Source: Vicinamibacterales bacterium | GTDB lineage: Bacteria > Acidobacteriota > Vicinamibacteria > Vicinamibacterales > SCN-69-37 | Length of the DNA stretch: 64,000 bases | Direction of reading: 5' to 3' | Assembly (NCBI GenBank): GCA_046598935.1 | Contig: JBKJHW010000046.1 | Span: 7,071 to 71,070 of the forward strand | Part shown: positions 7,964 to 17,155 of the stretch, one piece after another | How positions within the stretch are numbered: the first letter of the stretch is position 1 | How the letters are laid out: every line of letters begins with the position of its first letter | Notes under the pieces: model-generated | What the model was told of the DNA's origin: nothing | The model's input: the letters and a program-made list of their open reading frames with translations, nothing else | Databases searched by the model: none | Position numbers and translations under genes: made by a program

Positions 7964-10071
7964 CAGAGCGGCGCGCCACCGTTATTGGTGTGGCGCTGCT
8001 GGCAACCTTGTACCCGGCGGCCGTCACCACACAAAACACTTCACCCGCGCTTTGGCTGGTCCCCGCCTTCGCCAGCGCGCCTGGCGGCGCGGCTTCGGCG
8101 GGCAGGCCCGGTGGCGCGTTCGCGACGGCCGTTCAGCATTTCGACGACGGAAAGCCGGACTTGGCGCTGCCAGTGTTTTCAAAATCAGTCAGCGATCCGA
8201 TCCTGGGCGGCTACGCGCTGTTGATGCAGGGCCGCGCGCAGCTGGCGTTACGGCAGACCCGTGACGCGCGGTTCAGCGCCGAGCAACTCGCGAAGGTGCA
8301 GCCGCGCGATTATTTGCGCGAGGCCGCGCTGATCCTCTCGGCGGACGTCGCGGAATCCGACGGCGACGCGGCAGCCGAGATGCGCGCGCTGCAGTCGGCG
8401 GCCGAGATGAAACCGGTGACCGGCGCGCCGCTCTTCCTGCGGCTCGGCCGCGCGGCGAAGGAGGCGGGCGATCCGGCCGTCGCGCGCGGCGCCTTCAACA
8501 AAGTCATCTACGAATACGCGCTCTCTCCAGAAGCCAACGAAGCCCTGGATGAAATCGACGACCTCGACGCCGCAGCGGTGCCGAACCGCGACACCGCCGC
8601 CGCAAACCTTGGCCGCGGCGAGCAGCTGTTCGTGTCCAGGCGATTCGCCGATGCGAGGAGAGCCTTCGAAGCCGTCCGTCCCGTCGCTGTGGGCGCTGAA
8701 AAAGATCTTGTCGCGCTGCGCATCGCGCAATGCGATGCGGGCCTGAAGAAGTTCCCCGCGGCGCGCGACGCGCTGCTCCCGCTCATTGGCAAAGACGGTC
8801 CGCGGCAGCCCGACGCGCGACTCGCGATGCTCGGCGTGTTGCGCGGCCTCGAAAAGAAGACCGAGTTTGTCGCCGAAACGCGCGGGTTTGTCGCATCGGG
8901 CGCGCCCGACATCCTCGCCGAAGCCGCGCTCAACGAGCTTGCGACGTTCTACATTCTCGAAGACGACGATCAGGCCGCTGCCGACACCTTCGCCGAGATG
9001 AATCGCCGCTATCCGTCCGGCGTGAACGGCGAGCGCGCTGCATGGCGCTGGGGCTGGTGGTCCTACACGAAGGGCAACTACGCCGAGACGATCCGCGTGT
9101 TCGACGACGCGTTCGTGCGCTTCGGGCGATCCGATCACCGTTCGGCCTGGATCTACTGGTCAGCGCGCGCGCGCCAGAAGTCCGGCCAGCGCGAGGCCGC
9201 GATCGATACGTACCGGCGCGCCATCGGGCTGTACCGTAATTCGTATTACGGCCGCGAAGCGGATCGGAACCTCCGGGCGATGCTCAGCCAATCGGCCGGC
9301 CGCGTCTCGCTCGCAAGCCGCGAGACGCCCGTGGCGTTCGTCCCCGGCGAATCTCCCGCGAACGCGCGGCTCATCGCGCGGCTGCTCGAGGTCGGGCTCT
9401 ACGACGACGCGCTTGGTGAATTGAAGCGGACGGAGATCGACAACGGGGCCACGCCGCTGCTCACCGCGACGCAGGCGTACGCTTGGAACCGCAAAGGCGA
9501 ACTGCGAATCGGTATCACGCTGATGAAGCGCGCGTACCCGCAGTTTCTGGCCGCCGGCGGAGAAGCGCTGCCCGTCGAAATCCGTCGTGTGATGTTTCCG
9601 GTGGCCTACTGGGACATGATCCAGAAGTACGCCAACGCCCGCGGCCTCGACCCGCATCTCATGGCGGCGCTCATGATGCAGGAGTCCACGTTCGACAAGG
9701 ACATCACGTCGAGCGCCAACGCGCGGGGCCTGATGCAGATCCTGCCGTCGACGGGCCGCAGTTACGCATCCAAACTCGGCATCACGCCGTGGCGCGTCAC
9801 CAGGCTGACCGACGCCGAGATCAACATCCGCATCGGCATGGCGTATTTCGCGGATATGAAGGCGAAGTACAACGGCATCGTCGGTGCGCTTGTCGCCTAC
9901 AACGCGGGCGGCAGCCGGTACACGCGGTGGGTCGCGGAGTACCCGGACGCCGATCGCGACGAGTTCATCGACAACATTCCGTTCTTCGAGACGCAGAACT
10001 ATCTGAAGCGCATTCTCGGCATCGCGGAAGACCTCCGGACGCTCTACCCGACGTCGGCGGCAAAAAGGTAG
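7960..10071 (+). CDS. soluble lytic murein transglycosylase (Slt70-like; TPR/superhelical N-domain plus SLT domain)
   Basis: SLT catalytic region LMMQESTFDKDITSSANARGLMQILPSTG...AYNAG is present. The start overlaps the upstream stop (ATGA). Confidence 0.8.
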   Translation: MTERRATVIGVALLATLYPAAVTTQNTSPALWLVPAFASAPGGAASAGRPGGAFATAVQHFDDGKPDLALPVFSKSVSDPILGGYALLMQGRAQLALRQTRDARFSAEQLAKVQPRDYLREAALILSADVAESDGDAAAEMRALQSAAEMKPVTGAPLFLRLGRAAKEAGDPAVARGAFNKVIYEYALSPEANEALDEIDDLDAAAVPNRDTAAANLGRGEQLFVSRRFADARRAFEAVRPVAVGAEKDLVALRIAQCDAGLKKFPAARDALLPLIGKDGPRQPDARLAMLGVLRGLEKKTEFVAETRGFVASGAPDILAEAALNELATFYILEDDDQAAADTFAEMNRRYPSGVNGERAAWRWGWWSYTKGNYAETIRVFDDAFVRFGRSDHRSAWIYWSARARQKSGQREAAIDTYRRAIGLYRNSYYGREADRNLRAMLSQSAGRVSLASRETPVAFVPGESPANARLIARLLEVGLYDDALGELKRTEIDNGATPLLTATQAYAWNRKGELRIGITLMKRAYPQFLAAGGEALPVEIRRVMFPVAYWDMIQKYANARGLDPHLMAALMMQESTFDKDITSSANARGLMQILPSTGRSYASKLGITPWRVTRLTDAEINIRIGMAYFADMKAKYNGIVGALVAYNAGGSRYTRWVAEYPDADRDEFIDNIPFFETQNYLKRILGIAEDLRTLYPTSAAKR

Positions 10072-10074
10072 TGG

Positions 10075-11256
10075 ATGAGATCGCGAACGTCTGAGAAAGC
10101 CTCGCGCTTCACCGAGTCGGTCATCCGCGAGATGACGCGCCTCGCGCACAAGCACAATGCGGTGAACCTCTCGCAGGGGTTCCCCGATTTCCCTGCGCCG
10201 GCAGAAGTGAAGGCCGCCGCGTGCGAAGCCATCAACGCCGACATCAATCAGTACGCAGTCACCTGGGGTGCCAAACCGCTGCGCGACGCAATCGCGAAGG
10301 ACTTCTCGAAGCGTTACAACGTCGCGGTCGACCCGGACGCGAACCTGACGGTGTGCTGCGGCTCAACCGAAGCGATGATGTCGACGATGATGGCCATCGT
10401 CAATCCGGGCGACGAGGTCATCGTGTTCGAGCCGTTCTACGAAAACTACGGCCCGGACGCGATCCTGTCTGGAGCCACGCCGCGGTTCGTGACGTTGCGG
10501 GAACCCGTGAATGCCGGAACAGACTGGACGTTCGATCCGGTTGAACTGGCGCGCGCGTTCAACGACAAGACCCGCGCGATTATCGTGAACACGCCGAACA
10601 ACCCGACAGGCAAAGTGTTCACGCGCGACGAACTGCAGCAGATCGCGGCGCTTTGCCAGAAGTGGGATGTGCTCGCCGTCACCGACGAAATCTACGAGCA
10701 CATCATCTATGAAGGCGCGACGCACGTGCCGATGGCGACGCTCGACGGCATGCTCGATCGCACCATCACGATCAACAGTTTGTCGAAGACATTCAGTGTG
10801 ACGGGCTGGCGCGTGGGCTGGACGATCGCGCCGGCCGACATCTCAGGCGCCATTCGGAAGGTTCACGATTTCCTCACCGTCGGCGCCGCGGCGCCGCTCC
10901 AGGCCGCCGGCGCAGCCGCGCTCAGCTTGCCCGAGAGTTATTTCAAAGGCCTTTCAGCAACCTACCAGCACAAGCGCGAGCGATTGCTGGGGATTCTCGA
11001 ACAAGCCGGCTTCGTCTGCTACGCGCCGCGCGGCGCGTATTACATCATGACCGACATCACGGCGTTCGGCTTTCCGGACGACGTCGCGTTTGCGCGGCAC
11101 CTGGTAGCCGACGTCGGCGTCGCGTGCGTGCCGGGCAGCAGTTTCTATCGCGATCCGTCCTCGAGCCGGAACAAAGTCCGGTTCTGCTTCTGCAAACAGG
11201 AAGCGACGTTTGCTGCCGCCGAGCAGCGTCTTGCCAAACTTGCTGCGCGCGTCTAG
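10075..11256 (+). CDS. class I/II PLP-dependent aminotransferase (methionine/kynurenine aminotransferase-like)
   Basis: Contains NLSQGFPDFP, NTPNNPTGKVF and the PLP-lysine motif SLSKTFSVTGWRVGW. Confidence 0.85.
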   Translation: MRSRTSEKASRFTESVIREMTRLAHKHNAVNLSQGFPDFPAPAEVKAAACEAINADINQYAVTWGAKPLRDAIAKDFSKRYNVAVDPDANLTVCCGSTEAMMSTMMAIVNPGDEVIVFEPFYENYGPDAILSGATPRFVTLREPVNAGTDWTFDPVELARAFNDKTRAIIVNTPNNPTGKVFTRDELQQIAALCQKWDVLAVTDEIYEHIIYEGATHVPMATLDGMLDRTITINSLSKTFSVTGWRVGWTIAPADISGAIRKVHDFLTVGAAAPLQAAGAAALSLPESYFKGLSATYQHKRERLLGILEQAGFVCYAPRGAYYIMTDITAFGFPDDVAFARHLVADVGVACVPGSSFYRDPSSSRNKVRFCFCKQEATFAAAEQRLAKLAARV

Positions 11257-13909
11257 CGGCCCATTCATCATCGGCGTCGCGGCGTGGTGCGCAGCCGGCA
11301 CGCTAGCAGTCGCATCGGCTGATTCCGCCAGCGCCCGCATCGCGGCACCGGCGCCGTTGTGGGTGTTCGCGCTCGCCTTCGTCGCCGCCTTCGCCGTTCG
11401 CCCGTGGCGGCAATCCACGTGGACGGCCGCGCCGGCCCTGCTCGCCGTCATCCCGTGGCTTCCGGTGCCGATGGCGCCGCTCCTCCTTATCTGGACCGGA
11501 CCGATGGCGTGGGCGCCGGTCATCCTCGCGCTTGCGCTGGCCGTCGGTCTCGCGCCGATTCGCCGCGTGTTCTCGTTGTTCAATCTGTTCGACCCAGACG
11601 ACGCGGCCGTCGCGGCGCTTGTGCTGGCGGGCGCGCTCGCCGGTGGGGCAGCGTGGGCCGCTGACCCGCGCACGCCGGGCGGCGACGAGCCGCATTATCT
11701 GGTGATCACGCAGAGCCTCCTCTACGACCGCGATCTGAACATCGATAACCAGCACGCGCGCCGCGAGTACTCGTCGTTCTATGGCGGAAACATCAATCCC
11801 GATCTGCGCAAGCGCGGGATCAACGGCGAGGCGTATTCGATTCACGCGCCAGGCGTATCAGTGCTTGTCGCGCCGATGTTCCAGTTCTTCAGTTACACCG
11901 GCGCGCGGGTGATGATCATTCTGCTGACGGCGATCGGCGCCATGCTGATCTGGCGTATCGCGTGGCGCGCCACCGATTCGGCTGAGGCCGCATGGTTTGC
12001 GTGGGCGGCCGTCGTCATGACGCCGACCTTCGCTGTCCACAGTTTCATGGTGTTTCCGGACGGGCCGGGGTTGCTCGCGGTCGCGGCTGGGGTGCTGCTG
12101 CTGGTGCAGCTCGCACGCGGCGACACGCCGGGGCTGTTACCCGTCACGCTGACCGGGATCGCCCTCGCGGCTTTGCCGTGGCTGCACACGCGCTTTGCAC
12201 TCCTGGCCGGCGGCCTCGGGCTTGTGATCGCGCTGCGAATGGCAGTGATAGACGCGCCGGCGAAAGTGCGCGCGAGCCGCGTGGCCGCGCTGCTGGCGGT
12301 GCCGCTCGTGAGCGCGGTGCTCTGGTTCTATTTCTTCAAAGTCCTCTACGGCACGTTCGATCCGCGCGCGCCGTATCCGCCGGAGGCGCAGGAGCTCCGG
12401 TGGATCGTGCCCGCGATTCTCGGCCTGTTCTTCGACGGGCAGTTTGGCGCCGCCGCGTATGCGCCGGCCGTGGCGCTGGTGTTTGCCGGCTGGATGATGT
12501 CGCCGATGAAAGCATCGCGGCGGCTGGCCATCGAGCTCGGCGTCATTGTGCTTGTGTATCTTGCGGCGATCACGACGATCCGGATGTGGCAGGCCGGCCG
12601 GCCGGCGCCCCCGGCGCGATTCCTCATGGCGCTGCTGCCGCTCTTCGCCGTGCCGCTCGCGATCGCGTGGACACGCGCGTCGCAGGCGACGCGCGCGCTT
12701 TATGCCGGCCTCGCCGGCTGCGGTGCGGTCGTCACGGCGGTTGTGCTGTCGGCGGATCGGGCCGGGCTCGCGTTGCTCAACGATCGAACTGGACAACCGC
12801 TGTGGCTCGAGTGGCTGTCGCCGGCCGCGAATCTGTCGCGCGTCTGGCCGTCGTTCTACTGGCAGGAGGCGCGCTTTCCCTGGCATGTGCTGCTCGTGGT
12901 GGGAATCGCCGCCGGGCTGTGGATGTTGATCAAACGCCAGGCGCTTCAGCCGCGTGTCGCGGCCTCACTCTGGGCGGTCGCGACGGTGACCGTTCTCGCG
13001 CCCGTCGGCTGGGTGTTCACCGGCGCGAATGCGCTCGATCCCGCGCCGGGGCAGCTCGCGGTGGTCCGCGCTGCGGGCGCAGGGCGTCCAACGCTTGCGA
13101 TTGGCAGCGGCCGGGCGGCGTCGCTCGGCGGTGAACTGAAGGATGCAATGTGGATTCGGCCGACCGAGCCCGGCGTCATCGCGGCGCCGCCGCTGTTGTC
13201 GCTGCCGGCCGTGCCCGCCGCCCGCTACATCGTGCGCGTTCGGTCGTCGAGCGCATTTGCGGCCAAGGTCCGGCTGTGGCTCGGACGGCCGTCGGGCGCC
13301 GCGTGGCGCGAGTTCGACATTCCCGGCGCAGGCGAGTTCCAGTTTCCTGTTCTCGTTCCAGCCGGAATCGGCAGCCTTGTCATCGACGCCGACGAACGGG
13401 CGCGCCGGTCGCTCAGCGTCGAGCTCGGCGTTGACGCGAAAGTGCCGGATTCCGGGCTCGCGATTCGCGCGGCGGTGCAGTACCCCGCGGGCGGCGTGCT
13501 TTTTCTCGACGACATGGCGTTTCCGGAAGAAACGGGTTTCTGGGTCCGCGGCAAAGAGGCCGCCCAGTTCGTCGTTGTGCCCGCCGCGGCCGCGGCCGCG
13601 ACGGCAGGACCGGCGACGATCAGGATCCTCGTACGAAACGGCGCGTCGCCGAATCAGGTCTCGGTCGACTCCGGCACTTATCAACGGCTGCTCGTGATGA
13701 CGCCGGGACAGGAGCAGGAGCTGGACATTCCCGCCGTCGGCAGCGACGGCATCAACATCCGCGTCGCGTCAGGCGACGGTTTCGTGCCGGCTGAAAAAAC
13801 CCCCGGCAGCGCGGATCGGCGCCTCCTCGGGGTGTGGGTAGAAATCAGGTCAGCGGGAACGGGGACGTACCCCTTAAGGGGTCGTACCCCCGGGGTCGTA
13901 CCCCGCTAG
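11210..13909 (+). CDS. large polytopic membrane protein, possibly a GT-C/ArnT-like glycosyltransferase
   Basis: More than 12 hydrophobic segments. A loop motif GGDEPHYLVITQSLLYDRDLNIDN (DE-type, as in GT-C enzymes) is present, and there is a long soluble C-terminal region. The start is uncertain because the ATG at 11210 overlaps the upstream gene by 47 nt. Confidence 0.5.
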   Translation: MLPPSSVLPNLLRASSGPFIIGVAAWCAAGTLAVASADSASARIAAPAPLWVFALAFVAAFAVRPWRQSTWTAAPALLAVIPWLPVPMAPLLLIWTGPMAWAPVILALALAVGLAPIRRVFSLFNLFDPDDAAVAALVLAGALAGGAAWAADPRTPGGDEPHYLVITQSLLYDRDLNIDNQHARREYSSFYGGNINPDLRKRGINGEAYSIHAPGVSVLVAPMFQFFSYTGARVMIILLTAIGAMLIWRIAWRATDSAEAAWFAWAAVVMTPTFAVHSFMVFPDGPGLLAVAAGVLLLVQLARGDTPGLLPVTLTGIALAALPWLHTRFALLAGGLGLVIALRMAVIDAPAKVRASRVAALLAVPLVSAVLWFYFFKVLYGTFDPRAPYPPEAQELRWIVPAILGLFFDGQFGAAAYAPAVALVFAGWMMSPMKASRRLAIELGVIVLVYLAAITTIRMWQAGRPAPPARFLMALLPLFAVPLAIAWTRASQATRALYAGLAGCGAVVTAVVLSADRAGLALLNDRTGQPLWLEWLSPAANLSRVWPSFYWQEARFPWHVLLVVGIAAGLWMLIKRQALQPRVAASLWAVATVTVLAPVGWVFTGANALDPAPGQLAVVRAAGAGRPTLAIGSGRAASLGGELKDAMWIRPTEPGVIAAPPLLSLPAVPAARYIVRVRSSSAFAAKVRLWLGRPSGAAWREFDIPGAGEFQFPVLVPAGIGSLVIDADERARRSLSVELGVDAKVPDSGLAIRAAVQYPAGGVLFLDDMAFPEETGFWVRGKEAAQFVVVPAAAAAATAGPATIRILVRNGASPNQVSVDSGTYQRLLVMTPGQEQELDIPAVGSDGINIRVASGDGFVPAEKTPGSADRRLLGVWVEIRSAGTGTYPLRGRTPGVVPR

Positions 13910-14739
13910 TAACGAACGACCGCGCCGAACCAGATTCCCTTGAACGCCGTATCGCCGGAATCCTTCTTGATCACGACGTTGGTCGTGACGCGTTTCCAGC
14001 CGGCCTGCACGCCGGCGTACCGGTTGATGTTGTACGTGCCGTAGACGTTTATGTCGGAGTAGCTGCCCTGATAGTCGGGGCTCACGTCGGGGAACTTGAT
14101 ACCGGAAATCTGCGCGGTGATCGACGCGTTCTTGAGGGGGTACGCGCGGCCGATGATGCCGAGCGCCGGCAGCGGCCCTTTGGCCTGCGTGAACTCCGGG
14201 TCCCGGCCGGGCGCCCGGATGCTGGCGCCGAAATCGGTCATGCGCGCCTCGAACATCAGTCCGACGAACCCGCGCGGGAGCGCGATGACGTCGATCTCGT
14301 AGCCGACGCGCCAGACTTTCCAGTCGTACGTCGCCTGGACAGGAAGGTTGATCGAAAACTTCTGCCCATTGAAGATGATCTCGCGCGAGAGCGTCGTATC
14401 CGACGAGTAGGACAGCGGCGTGTACTGCGCGTAGAACTTGTTACGGCGCGTCACCCGAAGCTCGACGCCAAACTCCTTAAAGCGAGTCTGCGGAAACTTC
14501 AAGTCCGACTTAAAGCTGATCTGCGTGCCGGCGAGGCCAAACTGCGAGCTGGCAATGATGCCGTGCACCGTCGGATTCCACAGGCCGCCGTTGACCTGGA
14601 TGTGGTATTTCTCGCCGACCGCGACGTTGGACTGGCCTTCCTGCGATCCGAGTTTTGGAGCAGAGTACTGCGCCGCCGCCGGGGCGGCCATCGCCGCGAC
14701 CACCACGAGCGCGCTAAGAGCAATCTTTAGAGTTTTCAC
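13906..14739 (-). CDS. outer-membrane beta-barrel protein (putative)
   Basis: Signal VKTLKIALSALVVVAAMAAPAAAQ from a GTG start at 14739. Alternating beta-strand pattern and an aromatic C-terminus ...FGAVVRY. Confidence 0.6.
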   Translation of the reverse strand: MKTLKIALSALVVVAAMAAPAAAQYSAPKLGSQEGQSNVAVGEKYHIQVNGGLWNPTVHGIIASSQFGLAGTQISFKSDLKFPQTRFKEFGVELRVTRRNKFYAQYTPLSYSSDTTLSREIIFNGQKFSINLPVQATYDWKVWRVGYEIDVIALPRGFVGLMFEARMTDFGASIRAPGRDPEFTQAKGPLPALGIIGRAYPLKNASITAQISGIKFPDVSPDYQGSYSDINVYGTYNINRYAGVQAGWKRVTTNVVIKKDSGDTAFKGIWFGAVVRY

Positions 14740-14816
14740 AATCTGCGTATCGGCCCATAGCGGATGGCCCAATAGCCGATAGCAGATCCTTCAATGACCG
14801 ATAGCCGGTGACCCGA

Positions 14817-15314
14817 TCAGCGCGTGTTCTTGGGGTTCCACCCCAAGCGGAGGACCGTCACCATCGTGTCGCGGCGCCCCAGTTTCAGGGCTTCGCCGCA
14901 GCTCCACAGGTAGATGTCGATCTGACGGCCGTTGACCGCCGGGCCGGTGTCCATGACGGTGTAAATGCCCCGGTATTGGTCCGGAAGGGCGTTTGAGGAC
15001 TTGGGCGCCCCGTCGATTTCAATTACAGATCCCTCGGGCAGAATCGCCGGGTCGGCGGCGACGATCCCCGTCGTCACACCCACGCCCGAAGCCGTCGTCA
15101 GACCCTTGCAATACGCCGTTGCTTTGAACCGAAGGCGGGCTCCGGCCGTGGCGGGGGCTTTGTCGCTTGAAATAGCGGCCCCGTGGGACTTGCGGGAGTC
15201 GATGACCGTCGCCTCGTAGGCGAGCACAAAGACGCCCGCCGCGACCGCGGTGGTCACGACTTTCCGCCAGAAGGACTGTGACAGGAACATAAGGTCACGG
15301 GTGCACGGGTGCAC
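14817..15314 (-). CDS. 3D domain-containing protein (MltA/RlpA-like double-psi beta-barrel)
   Basis: Contains ATAYCKGLTTASG...IVAADPAILPEGSVIEIDG...YTVMDTGPAVNGRQIDIY. Confidence 0.7.
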   Translation of the reverse strand: MHPCTRDLMFLSQSFWRKVVTTAVAAGVFVLAYEATVIDSRKSHGAAISSDKAPATAGARLRFKATAYCKGLTTASGVGVTTGIVAADPAILPEGSVIEIDGAPKSSNALPDQYRGIYTVMDTGPAVNGRQIDIYLWSCGEALKLGRRDTMVTVLRLGWNPKNTR

Positions 15315-15320
15315 CGGTCC

Positions 15321-15827
15321 TTAGGGTAACTCGGGATGCCTCGAATGGAGGATCTTCTGACGGGTTCGGATGAACCACAGGCACGCGTAGTACCCGATCC
15401 CGGCAAGAATCGCCGCAAGTATCGAAGAACCAAGGAGATACGCCGGCAGAAGTGGCTGGAGAAACTCGCCGAACGCCTTGAGCCTGTCAAACCAGCCGGG
15501 GATCTCCCAGATTCGCTCGAGATGGGGAACGAAGTCGGCCGGCATCTGGGTGCCGAGGATCCAGGCACCGAACGCGGTCGCCAGCGCGTAAAACGGCGCG
15601 ACGAACCAGGGCAGGTTGCTGATGACGCCGAGTATCACCGCGACACGGTTCAGGTTGAAAGCGAAGGCTACGGCCAGGCCCATCCCGGTGTGGAGACCGA
15701 GTGGGGGAGAGAACCCGATCGCGACGCCGACCGCGAACGCCCGCGCGGTGCGCTCAGGCGTGTCGTGAATATGCAGCAGGCGCTCGGCCCACCCGCGGCC
15801 CGTCGATTTTGTGAGATGCCCGACCAC
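15321..15827 (-). CDS. DUF2062 domain-containing membrane protein
   Basis: Contains HDTPERTARAFAVGVAIGFSPPLGLHT...NLPWFVAPFY. Confidence 0.7.
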   Translation of the reverse strand: MVGHLTKSTGRGWAERLLHIHDTPERTARAFAVGVAIGFSPPLGLHTGMGLAVAFAFNLNRVAVILGVISNLPWFVAPFYALATAFGAWILGTQMPADFVPHLERIWEIPGWFDRLKAFGEFLQPLLPAYLLGSSILAAILAGIGYYACLWFIRTRQKILHSRHPELP

Positions 15828-15841
15828 GATCGGCGCGTGTC

Positions 15842-16864
15842 CTATTCGGCGCGAAGCGCCGCATCCCCAGGCACGAAGTGCGTGAACCCGCCGCCGAGCG
15901 GGCCCTCATCAAGCGTGAGAGGCGGCGCTTTGGTCAGCTCGCCGATGCAGGAGACCGGCGTATGGCGCGCGGCGATCCGCTCGAATCCGCGGCGCCGACG
16001 GGGCGGAACTGCGAACAGCAATTCGTAATCTTCGCCGCCCCGAAGGGCCTGTTCGAGCGTGGCTTCCGGATGCACCGGTACCTTAGAAGAGATGACCGTC
16101 GCGCCAGTGCGCGAGGCTTCTGCTATCTGCGTGACACCGTCAGCCAAACCGTCGGAAAGGTCCATACAGGCCGACGCTAACCGATTCGAGGCAACTTCTC
16201 TCGAGACGTTCAGAAGCAACACAGAGCGTTCGTACGACTTCGCAGGGTGTTCGTACGAGGGTTCGGACGAACCCTCAGAGTGTTCGTACGAACGCTCTGA
16301 TTCGTACGAACCCCCTGGCTCGTACGCACGTCGACGTTCGAGCTCTGCAGCGGCTCGCCCGAGCATCCCTGTGACGTACAGGAGGTGGCCCGCGGATCCT
16401 CCGCTTCTGGTGAGAATGCGGCGCCGGCGCGCGGTGCCGATGAGCGTGATGTCGATGATGATCGGTCCCGGCGAACTCGAGATGTTGCCGCCGATGATCG
16501 TGAGCTTCGCCGATTTCGCCAACGTCAAGAAGCCATCGATGAGCGCGTCGAAATCGTCGAGCGCCAATGCGCCCGGCAGGGCGAGGCTTAACGTCGCCGC
16601 GCGCGGCGACGCGCCCATCGCCGCGAGATCACTGAGGTTGACGGCGAGCGATTTCGCGCCGATCTCGCGCATCGAGTTCCAACGGCGATCAAAGTGCACG
16701 CCTTCGATCTGACAGTCGGTCGTGACGACATCGAGCTCGCCCCGTTCAGGTTCGATCACCGCGGCATCGTCGCCGATGCCGATGTGCACCCATGCGGGCG
16801 CATCGCCGGCGCGTTCGCGGATGCGCTCAATGAGGCCGTGCTCGCCGATGTGGGAGATTTTCAC
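15842..16864 (-). CDS. thiL: thiamine-monophosphate kinase
   Basis: Contains KISHIGEHGLIERIR, IGDDAAVIEP, DLAAMGA and MDLSDGLADG. GTG start. It carries a repeat-derived (S/A)YE-rich insertion, described under the repeats. Confidence 0.85.
   Translation of the reverse strand: MKISHIGEHGLIERIRERAGDAPAWVHIGIGDDAAVIEPERGELDVVTTDCQIEGVHFDRRWNSMREIGAKSLAVNLSDLAAMGASPRAATLSLALPGALALDDFDALIDGFLTLAKSAKLTIIGGNISSSPGPIIIDITLIGTARRRRILTRSGGSAGHLLYVTGMLGRAAAELERRRAYEPGGSYESERSYEHSEGSSEPSYEHPAKSYERSVLLLNVSREVASNRLASACMDLSDGLADGVTQIAEASRTGATVISSKVPVHPEATLEQALRGGEDYELLFAVPPRRRRGFERIAARHTPVSCIGELTKAPPLTLDEGPLGGGFTHFVPGDAALRAE
16222..16327. repeat. nested palindromic repeat inside thiL (five copies of the self-complementary octamer TCGTACGA or a near-copy)
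   Basis: A perfect 16-bp inverted repeat, CAGAGCGTTCGTACGA (16222..16237) with TCGTACGAACGCTCTG (16284..16299). An inner hairpin GAGGGTTC-GGAC-GAACCCTC (16257..16276). TCGTACGA occurs at 16230, 16251, 16284 and 16302, with a degenerate TCGTACGC copy at 16320. Confidence 0.85.
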
Positions 16865-16904
16865 TGGGAGGAATGGTACTGCACCGATTCACGATGATTC
16901 ACTG

Positions 16905-17121
16905 CGATTCACCGTGAATTGAGTGAATGCGGCACTATCGAAGAATCCCGCTTTGCCGTGTGGGGAGGTCGAACGGACCTGTTAGACAGGTGGAACCGCT
17001 ATAAAGACTGCGCTTTAGGCTTCCTCACCACGGAGGCATGCTCACCACGCAGCGTCGCAGCTCGCTTGGTATTAAAAAACATCGGCCCAAGCGACACTCC
17101 AACCATCACGAACAAAGCAGG
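16905..17121 (-). ncRNA. ssrS: 6S RNA (SsrS); ends approximate (+/-15 nt)
   Basis: The minus strand reads ...GGGCCGATGTTTTTTAATACCAAGCGAGCTGCGACGCTGCGTGGTGAGCATGCCTCCGTGGTGAGGAAGCCTAAAGCGCAG.... This parallels E. coli 6S (GAGCCGAUAUUUCAUACCACAAG...GGUGAGCAUGCUCGGUCCGUCCGAGAAGCCUUAAAACUGCG). A closing stem TTCGTGAtggTTGgAGTG / CACTCAAtTCACGg is possible. It lies immediately downstream of zapA, as in E. coli. Confidence 0.7.
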
Positions 17122-17127
17122 AAGACA

Positions 17128-17155
17128 AGTATAGCGGCTATCGGCTATTCGCCAA
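17128..17155 (-). promoter_or_regulatory. candidate 6S RNA promoter TTGGCG-N16-TATACT
   Basis: On the minus strand, TATACT is at 17133..17128 and TTGGCG at 17155..17150. The -10 context GCTATACTTGTC is identical to the one upstream of tRNA-Val. Confidence 0.5.

Noticed and set aside
14761-14816. CCGATAGC repeats between the outer-membrane protein gene and the 3D-domain gene, considered as a regulator binding site.
   Set aside because: There are only two or three short copies. The relation to the 17136 copy is noted under the promoter finding, but there is not enough evidence to call an operator.
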